Shown here one piece after another: positions 7,703 through 16,571 of a stretch of DNA of 32,402 bases (positions are counted from its first letter, which is position 1; each line of letters opens with the position of its first letter). Both the position numbers and the translations under genes were made by a program. Source of the stretch: a virus (lineage: Duplodnaviria > Heunggongvirae > Uroviricota > Caudoviricetes); IMG/VR virus record IMGVR_UViG_3300047160_005224, positions 1 to 32,402 of that record, one strand, 5' to 3'. The notes under the pieces were generated by a model. That model saw nothing but the letters and a program-made list of their open reading frames with translations. It was not told the origin of the DNA and did not search any database.

Positions 7703-8367
7703 TTGTCGTACTTCGAGTTGGTTTCGATCGCGATCCAGTACGTCAAGTCCTGCTTGGAATTCTTGAATTCAGAGATTCCCTTCGCACTGATGGCAACATC
7801 ATAGTCACCAGAAATCAGCTTGAGGTTCTCGGACTTGTAATACAGAGCAAAGGACTTGTCGCTTTCGTGATCGACGGCAATATTGAACTCGTTGGAAGTG
7901 CTTTCCTTAGAGTTGACAGCCGAAATACGAGTCTTGGCAGAACCATCAGAACGTACAGCCACTTCCGGAACCTGTAGAACCGAAGCAGCCTTGAGCAGAG
8001 TTGCGAGCTGGCTGTCGCTGAGGTTGAATTCAACATCACGAGAAGGCAGCTTCGGGACCTTAGTGGTCGTCTTGATCAGAGACGGATCGCTGTAGTAATA
8101 GCGAATCGAGCGATTGCCGCTCGAGATCTTGACGAACTTCTCCTCGAAATCGAAATCAGGATCTTCGAACAGAGAAATCGCACCCAGAAACTGGCCGAGA
8201 TCATAGATCGCGAATGGCGTATCGAATGTCTCAGCGACATTCGCAATAGCCATAATGTTGCCCTGGGCTGAAATAGTCTTGAGTTCAGAACCCGGCTCGA
8301 CAACGATGCTCGAATTGATCGAAGCAAAGTTCTTCAGAACGTTCTGAGTTGCAGCAGAAATCTTCAT
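7699..8367 (-). CDS. gp45: Sliding clamp
   Basis: MKISAATQNVLKNFASINSSI, FAIYDLGQFL, ENLKLISGDYDVAIS and LTYWIAIE. Confidence 0.96.
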   Translation of the reverse strand: MKISAATQNVLKNFASINSSIVVEPGSELKTISAQGNIMAIANVAETFDTPFAIYDLGQFLGAISLFEDPDFDFEEKFVKISSGNRSIRYYYSDPSLIKTTTKVPKLPSRDVEFNLSDSQLATLLKAASVLQVPEVAVRSDGSAKTRISAVNSKESTSNEFNIAVDHESDKSFALYYKSENLKLISGDYDVAISAKGISEFKNSKQDLTYWIAIETNSKYDK

Positions 8368-8464
8368 TGTATAGCACTTCCTCACTTAGACGCCGGGAGA
8401 CTTAGTGTAACGTCTCCAGGCTGACAAACGTAACCAGTAATGTTGACAGTCAGATCAAACGACA

Positions 8465-8701
8465 TCATTCTTCTCCAATCACGGTTTCGTACAGATCACT
8501 GAATTCTTCAGCCGTCGCCTTTTCTTCACTGTAATTTTGCTTGTGAAAGATCTTGGCGAGCTTACGAATTTGCTTCTTTGGAATCTGATGCTCTTCAGCA
8601 GCCTTATCGATGGTCTCCTTCTGATACGTCTTTTCCGCATCACCGCGAGTCATCGAGTTGCTCAGTTCCTTGACAACCTTTGCCAGCTTTTCCTTGTCCA
8701 T
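8465..8701 (-). CDS. dsbA: dsDNA-binding protein, T4 DsbA-like
   Basis: 78 aa; ELSNSMTR...KKQIRKLAKIFHKQNYSEE...LYE pattern. Start overlaps the upstream stop (TAATG). Confidence 0.75.
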   Translation of the reverse strand: MDKEKLAKVVKELSNSMTRGDAEKTYQKETIDKAAEEHQIPKKQIRKLAKIFHKQNYSEEKATAEEFSDLYETVIGEE

Positions 8702-9099
8702 TACTTGCGTGCTCCAGCAGCAATCAAAGTGTTGGCATAATGCGCATTGAGGGACTTGACGTTGCCAGTCCAATTCCAGTTGTCCATGACATATTGCTGG
8801 AAGCGTTGCTGATCCAATTCGATCACGTCATCAACCGAGAATTCCAACATGGTGATAACCGTGTCGTAATCCCGGGTGTGATTCTCCGGAAAACCACCTG
8901 GCAGGTGTGGAATACCACGCCATGGATCCGAACTGACAAACTTGCCGTGCTTGCGCACTTCTTTCAGAGCCTTGGCCAGACCTTCTTCCATCTGAAGCCA
9001 ATAACCCTTGACTGCAAGATCATACTCAGAAGCATGATCTTCGCGATTCTTCTTGAGAGTTTCAAGAAGCTTGAGACGATTAACCTTGATTACATCCAT
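8701..9099 (-). CDS. Conserved-looking phage hypothetical protein
   Basis: GAGG RBS before ATG 9099; KVNR..LLETLKKNR.DH...YD.VITMLE...F.QYVMDNW.W. Confidence 0.75.
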   Translation of the reverse strand: MDVIKVNRLKLLETLKKNREDHASEYDLAVKGYWLQMEEGLAKALKEVRKHGKFVSSDPWRGIPHLPGGFPENHTRDYDTVITMLEFSVDDVIELDQQRFQQYVMDNWNWTGNVKSLNAHYANTLIAAGARK

Positions 9100-9109
9100 T
9101 ACCAAAACC

Positions 9110-9964
9110 TCACTTTTTCTTGATTTTCGAAGGATCGACTGTTGCAGATGCACCGATAGATGCAATAGCAGCAAGCGAACCGCCAAACGTATAGGTGCCT
9201 GTGTGAGTCAACTTCATCCACGGGCACAGGAATGTCTTCAAACCGACCTTGCGTGTCCACTGGCAGAACATGTAGTCTTCTGACAGATAGCGCTTCGTTT
9301 CAGGATCGATGACTGCGTCGAAGAAAGCACAAATTTCGCGCGAACCATCGAAATGTTCTGTGCGAGCATGATCCGGACGATAGAACTGTTGTGGGTATGC
9401 TTCACCAAACTTGACGAGCGTCTCACGACGAATCATCATGAATCCAGTGCCGATCTCCAAAACTTCAGCAGGTTCATCCAGGCGAATTTCCTGGACACCA
9501 TCCTTGAACACCGGAGAGAACACGTAGTCACCGACGAACTGATCCAAATCATTCGGATTCTGATCAGCATATCCCTTGTCTACAGCAGCCTTGATCTTTT
9601 CCCAAGCAATGCACTTCTTGGGATATGGGCCACCGATGATGTCATAAGGTGACTCATCTGACTGCAGAGCCAGAAGAGCAATTACGTCATTCGGGTCGAA
9701 GCCAATGTCGGCATCAATGAACATGAGATGCGTCATTCCAGAGCGCATGAACTCATCGGCAGCGTAGTTGCGTGCACGAGTAATGAGTGATTCATTGAAG
9801 AGATAATAGCAACGCATCTGGATGCCATAGCGCATGCACAGAGCAGTCAGATCTTGCATCGAGCGTGCGAAGGCACCCGTGCACTGGCCACCATACATCG
9901 GTGTTGCTACGAACAGGGACCGCTTCTGTAGGTCCGCAATTTCAACTTTGATTTCCATTCCCAC
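9110..9964 (-). CDS. GT-A fold glycosyltransferase-like protein
   Basis: VATPMYGGQC, ESLITRARN, HLMFIDADIGF (DxD), GTGFMMIRRE and YLSEDYMFC. Confidence 0.85.
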   Translation of the reverse strand: MGMEIKVEIADLQKRSLFVATPMYGGQCTGAFARSMQDLTALCMRYGIQMRCYYLFNESLITRARNYAADEFMRSGMTHLMFIDADIGFDPNDVIALLALQSDESPYDIIGGPYPKKCIAWEKIKAAVDKGYADQNPNDLDQFVGDYVFSPVFKDGVQEIRLDEPAEVLEIGTGFMMIRRETLVKFGEAYPQQFYRPDHARTEHFDGSREICAFFDAVIDPETKRYLSEDYMFCQWTRKVGLKTFLCPWMKLTHTGTYTFGGSLAAIASIGASATVDPSKIKKK

Positions 9965-9965
9965 C

Positions 9966-10280
9966 TCAGTTAACTGGCGTCAGAAGCTTTCCACCACGAC
10001 CTGGCGTGATGATCTTGCGCGTCGCGGAGATGTAGTCGTCGTAGATCGACGGCACAGGATCAACCGGAGCAAATAGCAGGCTTGACGACCAGAGAACCAT
10101 CGAACTTGCTGCTGAGGTGTACGGCATGTATGGTACAAATACTAGCTTGCCTTCACGATGATCAATACCAATACCAAGCACATCGCTCAGAAAATACGCA
10201 CCTTCTTCTTCCTTCTCAACGGTAGCGATAATTTCTTCGCCAATAACGGTCTTAAAGACCTTCACACATACACTCATCAT
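9966..10280 (-). CDS. Hypothetical protein, possibly Sm-like fold as common in T4-like phages
   Basis: KTVIGEEIIA...FVPYMPY...IITP pattern. Confidence 0.7.
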   Translation of the reverse strand: MMSVCVKVFKTVIGEEIIATVEKEEEGAYFLSDVLGIGIDHREGKLVFVPYMPYTSAASSMVLWSSSLLFAPVDPVPSIYDDYISATRKIITPGRGGKLLTPVN

Positions 10281-10819
10281 TACCTCACAAATTGTTTACG
10301 CAAGGATTCAAGTTTCTTGCGTTTTGCCATTTTCTTCAAGGCAAGATTCCTTGCCATAGGACCAGCTAAATCCAGGAAATTCTTGCCTTCCTGATGATCA
10401 AACTCATGTTGGAAGATTCGAGCAGTCATACCCGTGAACGTGTGTGTTACCGTTTCACCATTCGGTTGAGTGAATCGAACCTTGATATTCTTTGGACGTT
10501 TGACTTTCACAAACACGCCAGGGAACGAAAGACATCCCTCATCCAACATCACTTCTTCGTTGCCAACATCAACGATCTTCGGATTGAAACAGACTGTGAT
10601 GGGATTTGTTGCCATAGCAAACACGCGATATGGCAACCCGATCTGGTTTGCAGAAATGCCAACTCCCTTGTACTTGATCAGTGCTTGTGCGAGCAGATGA
10701 GACAACTCAACAGGATCAGTGGGAGGATTAGCAAAATCAAATACGGTGGTGGGATGAGAAAGAATCGAATCACTCTCAGGCACCAGTGCAGGAATTTGGA
10801 GAACGGGTCTATCATTCAT
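10280..10819 (-). CDS. def: Peptide deformylase
   Basis: All three PDF motifs present: GVGISANQIG, EGCLSFPG and QHEFDH. Confidence 0.95.
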   Translation of the reverse strand: MNDRPVLQIPALVPESDSILSHPTTVFDFANPPTDPVELSHLLAQALIKYKGVGISANQIGLPYRVFAMATNPITVCFNPKIVDVGNEEVMLDEGCLSFPGVFVKVKRPKNIKVRFTQPNGETVTHTFTGMTARIFQHEFDHQEGKNFLDLAGPMARNLALKKMAKRKKLESLRKQFVR

Positions 10820-12153
10820 CAGAAAAATTGATCAAGTGTTTGAACCTGCTGCTTTACAGCCTCAGGATGATATTGCTCAAGGAGGGATTGTCCGCCAGCA
10901 TAGGCTGACAGATAGTCATACCATTCTTGCTGTTCGAACATAGACGGAGAAACACCGTTCCATTGCGGACGCCATTCGGGATGGCTTTCGTTCAGACGAC
11001 GGCTTTCTACATAGTCACGGCGCGCAGTTTCGTATTCCCAGCTACCAAGGTCAAGCATCTTTTCGCGAAAATACGCGACGATACTCATGCGTTCGATGCC
11101 TTCTGGATTACCATCTACTGCTTCTATCGGAGTATTGCCATGAATAGCATCGTGGTTAGCAATAAGGAGCAAATCACCAGGACGAATGTTGATAGCAACA
11201 CGATACTCAGGAAGAACGAGATAGCCACCTTTGAAATCCTTGCCAGTTGAGATGACACCAAGATTCGAAAATCCAGAGCCGAGATCGCCTGCGTCAAGGT
11301 GCGCTGCCGTGCGGAATGTCTTGTTCACCGTCAGAGTGGTGAACACCGTGTCCTCACCAACGAGGAAACGCTTGTCCAGGCGATCTGCGGCTGCTTTCTG
11401 GTTAGCAAATCGACCAGGAAGAAGTTTCTCAAAACACTTATTTAGCTTGCGCAGATAAGGAAAGCTTTTGGCAAACAACTCAGGATTTTTCGCATTGTAT
11501 GCGCAAGAGCGTCCATACGGATAGCGTGGATAGCGATCAAAGAAACCTGCCACGCCAGAATTGACTGGGTTGGCATAAGTGGTTTGGCTGATGCAGGTCT
11601 TCGCGTAGTCCCGAGCTACAACCGATCGTTCTTCAGATGGCAGATCAATTACAGACTCAAGCCACCGATCGAAGAAGCCTTCGTATTCTTCTCCGCTCTT
11701 AAGTATCTTGGAGCGAAGCCATACGAGACCGCGCGAGGAGTCCTCTTTGTACGAAGCCTTAGCCTTGATGTGAGCACGAATTGGATCTTGACCATCAAGA
11801 CGTGCAGAAGGCTTCATCAGGATGTCAAGCGCATCCAATTGCCAATCTGTAACCCATTCACGACCTTGCAACTTTTCTCCTTTCGGACCAGCGGCAAGAC
11901 CGCGATTTTGGGTCTCAATTGCTGCACCAATCAGACCTTCATGTACACCTTTCTGATCTGCTGCAGAAAACACACCTTGGCGAAACTTGAAAAGACACAC
12001 GGTCTCATCTGCACCAACTTCGCCATCAAGAGAATTCACACGAGCATAAGCATCAGTGTCAGAATCCACCAGGATGTCGTAATTGGATTGGTCTAGAAAT
12101 TTTCCTAGCAGGTGCGTGCAATCCTGCTTTTCACGAATTAGAGTCTGTACCAT
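10819..12153 (-). CDS. TET/JBP-family 2OG-Fe(II) dioxygenase
   Basis: FTTLTVNKTFRTAAHLDAGD (HxD), GGYLVLPEY, GDLLL..NH..IHGNTPI (distal His) and RMSIVAYFREKM (2OG-binding Arg). Confidence 0.88.
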   Translation of the reverse strand: MVQTLIREKQDCTHLLGKFLDQSNYDILVDSDTDAYARVNSLDGEVGADETVCLFKFRQGVFSAADQKGVHEGLIGAAIETQNRGLAAGPKGEKLQGREWVTDWQLDALDILMKPSARLDGQDPIRAHIKAKASYKEDSSRGLVWLRSKILKSGEEYEGFFDRWLESVIDLPSEERSVVARDYAKTCISQTTYANPVNSGVAGFFDRYPRYPYGRSCAYNAKNPELFAKSFPYLRKLNKCFEKLLPGRFANQKAAADRLDKRFLVGEDTVFTTLTVNKTFRTAAHLDAGDLGSGFSNLGVISTGKDFKGGYLVLPEYRVAINIRPGDLLLIANHDAIHGNTPIEAVDGNPEGIERMSIVAYFREKMLDLGSWEYETARRDYVESRRLNESHPEWRPQWNGVSPSMFEQQEWYDYLSAYAGGQSLLEQYHPEAVKQQVQTLDQFF

Positions 12154-12694
12154 TCAGCTTGTTCTTGATTATGTGAGCAATCCGAGCAGTATCTGCCGGC
12201 GTTTCATGCGTAAACTTTTCCAACACCATCATGACGTTGAAATTGGTCATGATGTTTGCGTACTTGGTTTCGCGTCCACGAATGAACTGTTCGGACTGAT
12301 TAGAACCACGTTCAGCATAACGGGCTTCACGTGTCTTAGGATCAACTTCAAGATAGAGAATCGAAGTGTCGTAATTGTCAAGGCAATGTTCAATGAACGA
12401 AAGATTCGTAAGGCGATCGCCTTCAAACAACACACCTTTAACTCCACGAACACTGCATTCCTTCAGGAATTTGACAGCTTCTGGCTGAACTGCCATACTC
12501 ATACGGTCAGTACCAGCAAAAACTTCGCCATCTTCGTATTTGCCGAGGATGACATAATTCCCAAAAGCATGGAACGGCACTAACTTGATTTGGGTGAACA
12601 TCTGTTTCCATTCACCCATTGTTTTCATCACTTCACGAACCAGTGTGGTTTTTCCAGTTCCAGGTTCGCCCATCACAATAACAACATGCATCAT
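12131..12694 (-). CDS. P-loop kinase resembling phage 5-hydroxymethyluracil DNA kinases
   Basis: GEPGTGKTT, FAGTDRMSMAVQP, FEGDRL and RGSNQSEQFIRGRETK; adjacent to an aGPT-Pplase-like gene. Confidence 0.8.
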   Translation of the reverse strand: MMHVVIVMGEPGTGKTTLVREVMKTMGEWKQMFTQIKLVPFHAFGNYVILGKYEDGEVFAGTDRMSMAVQPEAVKFLKECSVRGVKGVLFEGDRLTNLSFIEHCLDNYDTSILYLEVDPKTREARYAERGSNQSEQFIRGRETKYANIMTNFNVMMVLEKFTHETPADTARIAHIIKNKLNGTDSNS

Positions 12695-13773
12695 GTATCT
12701 CCAAAGAAACTCTCTAGAGGAAGAATTTCCGGTTTCGCATCCGAATACAGATATTCTAACCTCTGAACACCACCAAAGTCAATAAAATGGCTCATTCGTC
12801 CTTCGACAATACGTCCTTGAAGCAGTTCTGGATGTGATTTCAAGATAGGATGTTCAGTCCTAGAATCCCATAGTGGCTTCCAGAAGATACCATCCCAGCC
12901 ATCATTCGCAACAGTACTGATTTCCTCAGCCTGACGATCGAGATAGTATCCAAGATAACGACCATGCTTCACCCTGAAGATCTTCTTGAAGGAACACAAC
13001 GCTGTTTCCATCGTGAAATAATCAACAAGATGAAATGCTTCTGGACGAGTTGTCATAACTCGATCTTTGACTTCATCCAATATCAATTCAGCTTCATTTT
13101 CCATCCACTGATATTCTTCGGACGTCAGCTTCTTGTTAACCCAATCGTCCATGCCAAGAGCTAAGCATAGACCATTACGATGTGAACGAGAACCATTGTA
13201 ATCATCGAGAATGAGATTTGGTGGATCAATGTTCATTCCGCAACACTGCTTCAGTGTCTGAAGATAGAACCAAGTTGTGTATCTACCGAATTTATATAGA
13301 TGATTACTGAGTTCAGCAAACAGAACTTTGAAGTTTTCTTGCGGTGTTCTATCAACCTTTACGAATTTCGCGAAGGCTTCTTCTTGCGCCCCTCCGTTTT
13401 GGAAGACCCATTCTCGATAGGACTTGTATTGGGCTCCGAGGTGACCTTTGTTGTACTTGGTGTCGGTTTGGTATCGGAGTCGCTTGAAGTTGCTAGTGTT
13501 CCACGAATCAATTCGTGCTTGGTCCACGAGCTCAAAATCTGGGAATTCATTCCATATCACCCATGTTGTTGGAAAGTAATAAGTGGTTCCGTACAGCCAG
13601 GAAATCCAAAGCTTCTGTTCGCGATTGTGTTCAAATCGAGAAAACAGATAGTTGGTCATGAAAATAGCAGGATCGCAGTCATCATGATGAATGCTCCAAT
13701 GGAACCATCGGATGAACAGCTCCTTGCGTTCAGAATAGATCGAGTTTTGCGCCACTGGCAACGTTCTCGTCAT
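12691..13773 (-). CDS. Amino acid:DNA transferase (alpha-glutamyl/putrescinyl thymine pyrophosphorylase-like, HhH-glycosylase fold)
   Basis: FGRYTTWFYLQ, GSRSHRNGL, METALCSFKK and RYLGYYLDRQAEEI motifs; next to the P-loop kinase. Confidence 0.8.
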   Translation of the reverse strand: MTRTLPVAQNSIYSERKELFIRWFHWSIHHDDCDPAIFMTNYLFSRFEHNREQKLWISWLYGTTYYFPTTWVIWNEFPDFELVDQARIDSWNTSNFKRLRYQTDTKYNKGHLGAQYKSYREWVFQNGGAQEEAFAKFVKVDRTPQENFKVLFAELSNHLYKFGRYTTWFYLQTLKQCCGMNIDPPNLILDDYNGSRSHRNGLCLALGMDDWVNKKLTSEEYQWMENEAELILDEVKDRVMTTRPEAFHLVDYFTMETALCSFKKIFRVKHGRYLGYYLDRQAEEISTVANDGWDGIFWKPLWDSRTEHPILKSHPELLQGRIVEGRMSHFIDFGGVQRLEYLYSDAKPEILPLESFFGDT

Positions 13774-14509
13774 AGCACTTCTTGAATTGAATGGTCATCT
13801 TCAGACCAATATCGAGCGTCTGATTCTTTCCTGATTCATCCTCACGAACCTTAATGTATCGTGGATGAAGTGATTGAAGTTTGAGCATACTCGCTCGATT
13901 GTTTTCCGCTGTGCGCGTGATGGAGCAACCGCCAGGAGCGTGTGGTTTGTATTCATGCGACACATAATCGCCAGTGTAACGAAGTCGGCGACCGGATTCG
14001 ACAACAGAAATCGGAACATGGAAGTCTGAATAGAACTGAAGAACATCGTATCGAATGTTCTTCTCTTTCATGTAGTCACGATCCATGAAGAAACAGTGAC
14101 TAGGCTTTCCATAGAAATATTCTGGCGGATTCAGATGTGACAGAAATGAATTTGATGTGCCACAATAGACATCGCCTTCTTCCAACCACTTCTCCATGAG
14201 ATCAAGAACTTCGCCACAGTCCTCAAGACGAGTGCGTTTCTTGCGATTCTCTGAATCGATCTTGTAAAACGTCAGATCATCATCAAGCATGCCTACATGT
14301 GATGATTCAGACTGCGTGATGATCCATTGACGTGTCTTACAGATGGATCCGATGCATTCCTTCGGAACATCGACGCGCAATCCATCCCATTGTGGATGGA
14401 CTTCTTCTTTCGGACATACCAGGAACACGCGATCCTTCCAGCATTCCGGAATCCACTTAGTGGTGATCAGCTTGTTTTCACGCCCGAGCGTCGGGATGTA
14501 GACTTGCAT
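13730..14509 (-). CDS. GT-A glycosyltransferase resembling TET-associated glycosyltransferases
   Basis: VYIPTLGR, ICKTRQWI, MLDDDLTF and PGGCS..RT motifs. Confidence 0.75.
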   Translation of the reverse strand: MQVYIPTLGRENKLITTKWIPECWKDRVFLVCPKEEVHPQWDGLRVDVPKECIGSICKTRQWIITQSESSHVGMLDDDLTFYKIDSENRKKRTRLEDCGEVLDLMEKWLEEGDVYCGTSNSFLSHLNPPEYFYGKPSHCFFMDRDYMKEKNIRYDVLQFYSDFHVPISVVESGRRLRYTGDYVSHEYKPHAPGGCSITRTAENNRASMLKLQSLHPRYIKVREDESGKNQTLDIGLKMTIQFKKCYDENVASGAKLDLF

Positions 14510-14925
14510 CAGAGTTCCTTGATATTGTCTTCGATGAGCTGCACAACGTGATCGAAGTATGCATCGTCCTTCGAGAAGTGTGGATCTGGAACATCATCAT
14601 TTTCCAGAAATATCACGCATTTCATCGAGGCATTGAATCCAAATTCAAACATGACTCGTTCGTAATGGATTTGACCCATACAGACGATCACATCAGCCCA
14701 GTCAACCAATTCCTCGGTCAACTTTTTGGATTTGCGTAATGGAACTGCATATCCTTTACGCAGCAGCGCATCACGCATACGCTTGTTTGGAGATTTTCCG
14801 CCAGCAGTCTTTCCAGTTCCTGCGGAATCAATTTCGTAAGACGAAGGCAATCGTTCCTGCGCGATTGCATGCGCGGCATAAGAACGATTCAAATTACCTG
14901 TGCAAAGGTAAAGGATCTTCTTCAT
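14509..14925 (-). CDS. Low-molecular-weight protein tyrosine phosphatase/ArsC-fold protein
   Basis: LYLCTGNLNRS (CX5R), DSAGT, ADVIVCM and DVPDP. Confidence 0.88.
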   Translation of the reverse strand: MKKILYLCTGNLNRSYAAHAIAQERLPSSYEIDSAGTGKTAGGKSPNKRMRDALLRKGYAVPLRKSKKLTEELVDWADVIVCMGQIHYERVMFEFGFNASMKCVIFLENDDVPDPHFSKDDAYFDHVVQLIEDNIKEL

Positions 14926-15848
14926 TCTTCAATCCTACCAGTCTTCTTGTAATGCTCAATTCGACGAGCAATGTCTTTGCGGTTATTGGAATCATGGTTC
15001 GTCAACTGATAACCACATTCCAACTCATAGTTGTATTCCTGGAAATCAGGAAACTTCCATTCGCTTCGCCAGAACAATTCTTTTGGTCGTGCAGATCCAG
15101 TAATCACTGGAGCATTCAGAACGTTATCCAAATAATCACGGCACCAGCGGATGCACGATTCCATCTCAACGAGATCAGTCGTTCCAGGAAAGTGACGGAA
15201 TTCAATCGTCTCCGTTTCTTCCCACATCTGACGCAAATTGATGCCTTCGCGTGGGCTAAAGAACCACATGCGTCCTTTATCTGTCAACGGAGCGTGTTCT
15301 TCATAGAACTCTTGCACCGTCTTAGCAGCAAGAATTGCGTTGGTGCGCGAAGCAGGAAGCATGTATTGGTGTGAGCGTTGACGACGCTTGTAGCGTTTCA
15401 TAGCACCATCGTATGCTTCTTTCGACATCTTTGCAGGATTGGGAACAGGGATGGTCTCGATCACATTGAATGCTTCCTGAGCATGCTCGATGTTGTAACG
15501 CATCAATCTCTTACACATCTCCAGGTCTTGGCTTAGACCGGGAACGCGCACATGGATATGAAGATTACATCTGTAGTTAATGACTGCTGGGTAGCCAGAA
15601 TCAACCAATGCTTGATTGATCTCAGCCACCACCTGCACCTGTTCTTCAACCGTCGAAGTTGGACGCGTGTTGATTTCACCGCCGAACTCCCACAACTTTC
15701 CTTGTGGATCATTTGCGATGCCTGTAGAATTTACAATGGTGTTGTCTTTCGTATTCCACGCGCAACCTTCTGGGAGCGGTGTACCAAATTTCACGTCGGC
15801 GTATTCAAGTTCAACGCCATACGTGAATGTCGAGGGATTATATTTCAT
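14922..15848 (-). CDS. Putative amidoligase (COOH-NH2 ligase, glutamine-synthetase-like fold)
   Basis: TYGVELE, GGEINTRP, CNLHIHV and TIEFRHFPGT. Confidence 0.82.
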   Translation of the reverse strand: MKYNPSTFTYGVELEYADVKFGTPLPEGCAWNTKDNTIVNSTGIANDPQGKLWEFGGEINTRPTSTVEEQVQVVAEINQALVDSGYPAVINYRCNLHIHVRVPGLSQDLEMCKRLMRYNIEHAQEAFNVIETIPVPNPAKMSKEAYDGAMKRYKRRQRSHQYMLPASRTNAILAAKTVQEFYEEHAPLTDKGRMWFFSPREGINLRQMWEETETIEFRHFPGTTDLVEMESCIRWCRDYLDNVLNAPVITGSARPKELFWRSEWKFPDFQEYNYELECGYQLTNHDSNNRKDIARRIEHYKKTGRIEE

Positions 15849-15854
15849 TGAGTC

Positions 15855-16571
15855 TCAGTGTTGGAGATCGTTGTCAGGAAGTCTAATCTGAGTTAAACTC
15901 AAACGCAATGGCTTTTCTTCTAGAGAAACGCTGTAGTTGGCGCACGGTTGACATTCTTTGATTTGAGAAGGAAGACCTGCACCGCTCCTCAAAAGAATGT
16001 CCTTTGTAGAAGCTACTGCGATGTAGTTTTCGGCATAGACGTAATACAACGGGCGTTGTTCATTTCGCCAAAAGGAAACAGTTTCATCAATAGCATCAAG
16101 CACAATGCATGCTTGACTAGACGGAACGATGTTCAGAGGATGCCGTTCTTGTTCATAGACACGTAGCAAGATCTCTGAATCATTCTTGGTGGTGCATTCA
16201 ATTCCATAGGTGTCATTCCAAGTCGATGGATCCGCCTGACTAACGACACCATTGTGAATGAGAGCAATATCAGTCTCATAGTTTGCTAAATTGATTGCGA
16301 CCATCGGCTGATTGTAACTTAGATCAGAAGTCGAATATCGACAATGAACTATCGCCGCACGAACATTGTAACCATAAGCAAGATGTTCTAGTGGAAACAC
16401 ACTTGCAGGCACAGAAAGGACGTTGTGGTCCAAGAAGTTGTTATCATGAAGGACAGCAGCACCCGTGGCATGTTGTCCTCTGATCTGCGCTTCATTTGCC
16501 ATTGCGCGCAAGAGTTCCGTTGGGAAACTCCTGTCATAATTCAAATTGATTAAACCAATTACGCCGCACAT
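15855..16571 (-). CDS. Class II (Ntn) glutamine amidotransferase
   Basis: N-terminal MCGVIG (nucleophilic Cys2), RGQHATG, HCRYST, HNG and NDSE. Confidence 0.92.
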   Translation of the reverse strand: MCGVIGLINLNYDRSFPTELLRAMANEAQIRGQHATGAAVLHDNNFLDHNVLSVPASVFPLEHLAYGYNVRAAIVHCRYSTSDLSYNQPMVAINLANYETDIALIHNGVVSQADPSTWNDTYGIECTTKNDSEILLRVYEQERHPLNIVPSSQACIVLDAIDETVSFWRNEQRPLYYVYAENYIAVASTKDILLRSGAGLPSQIKECQPCANYSVSLEEKPLRLSLTQIRLPDNDLQH

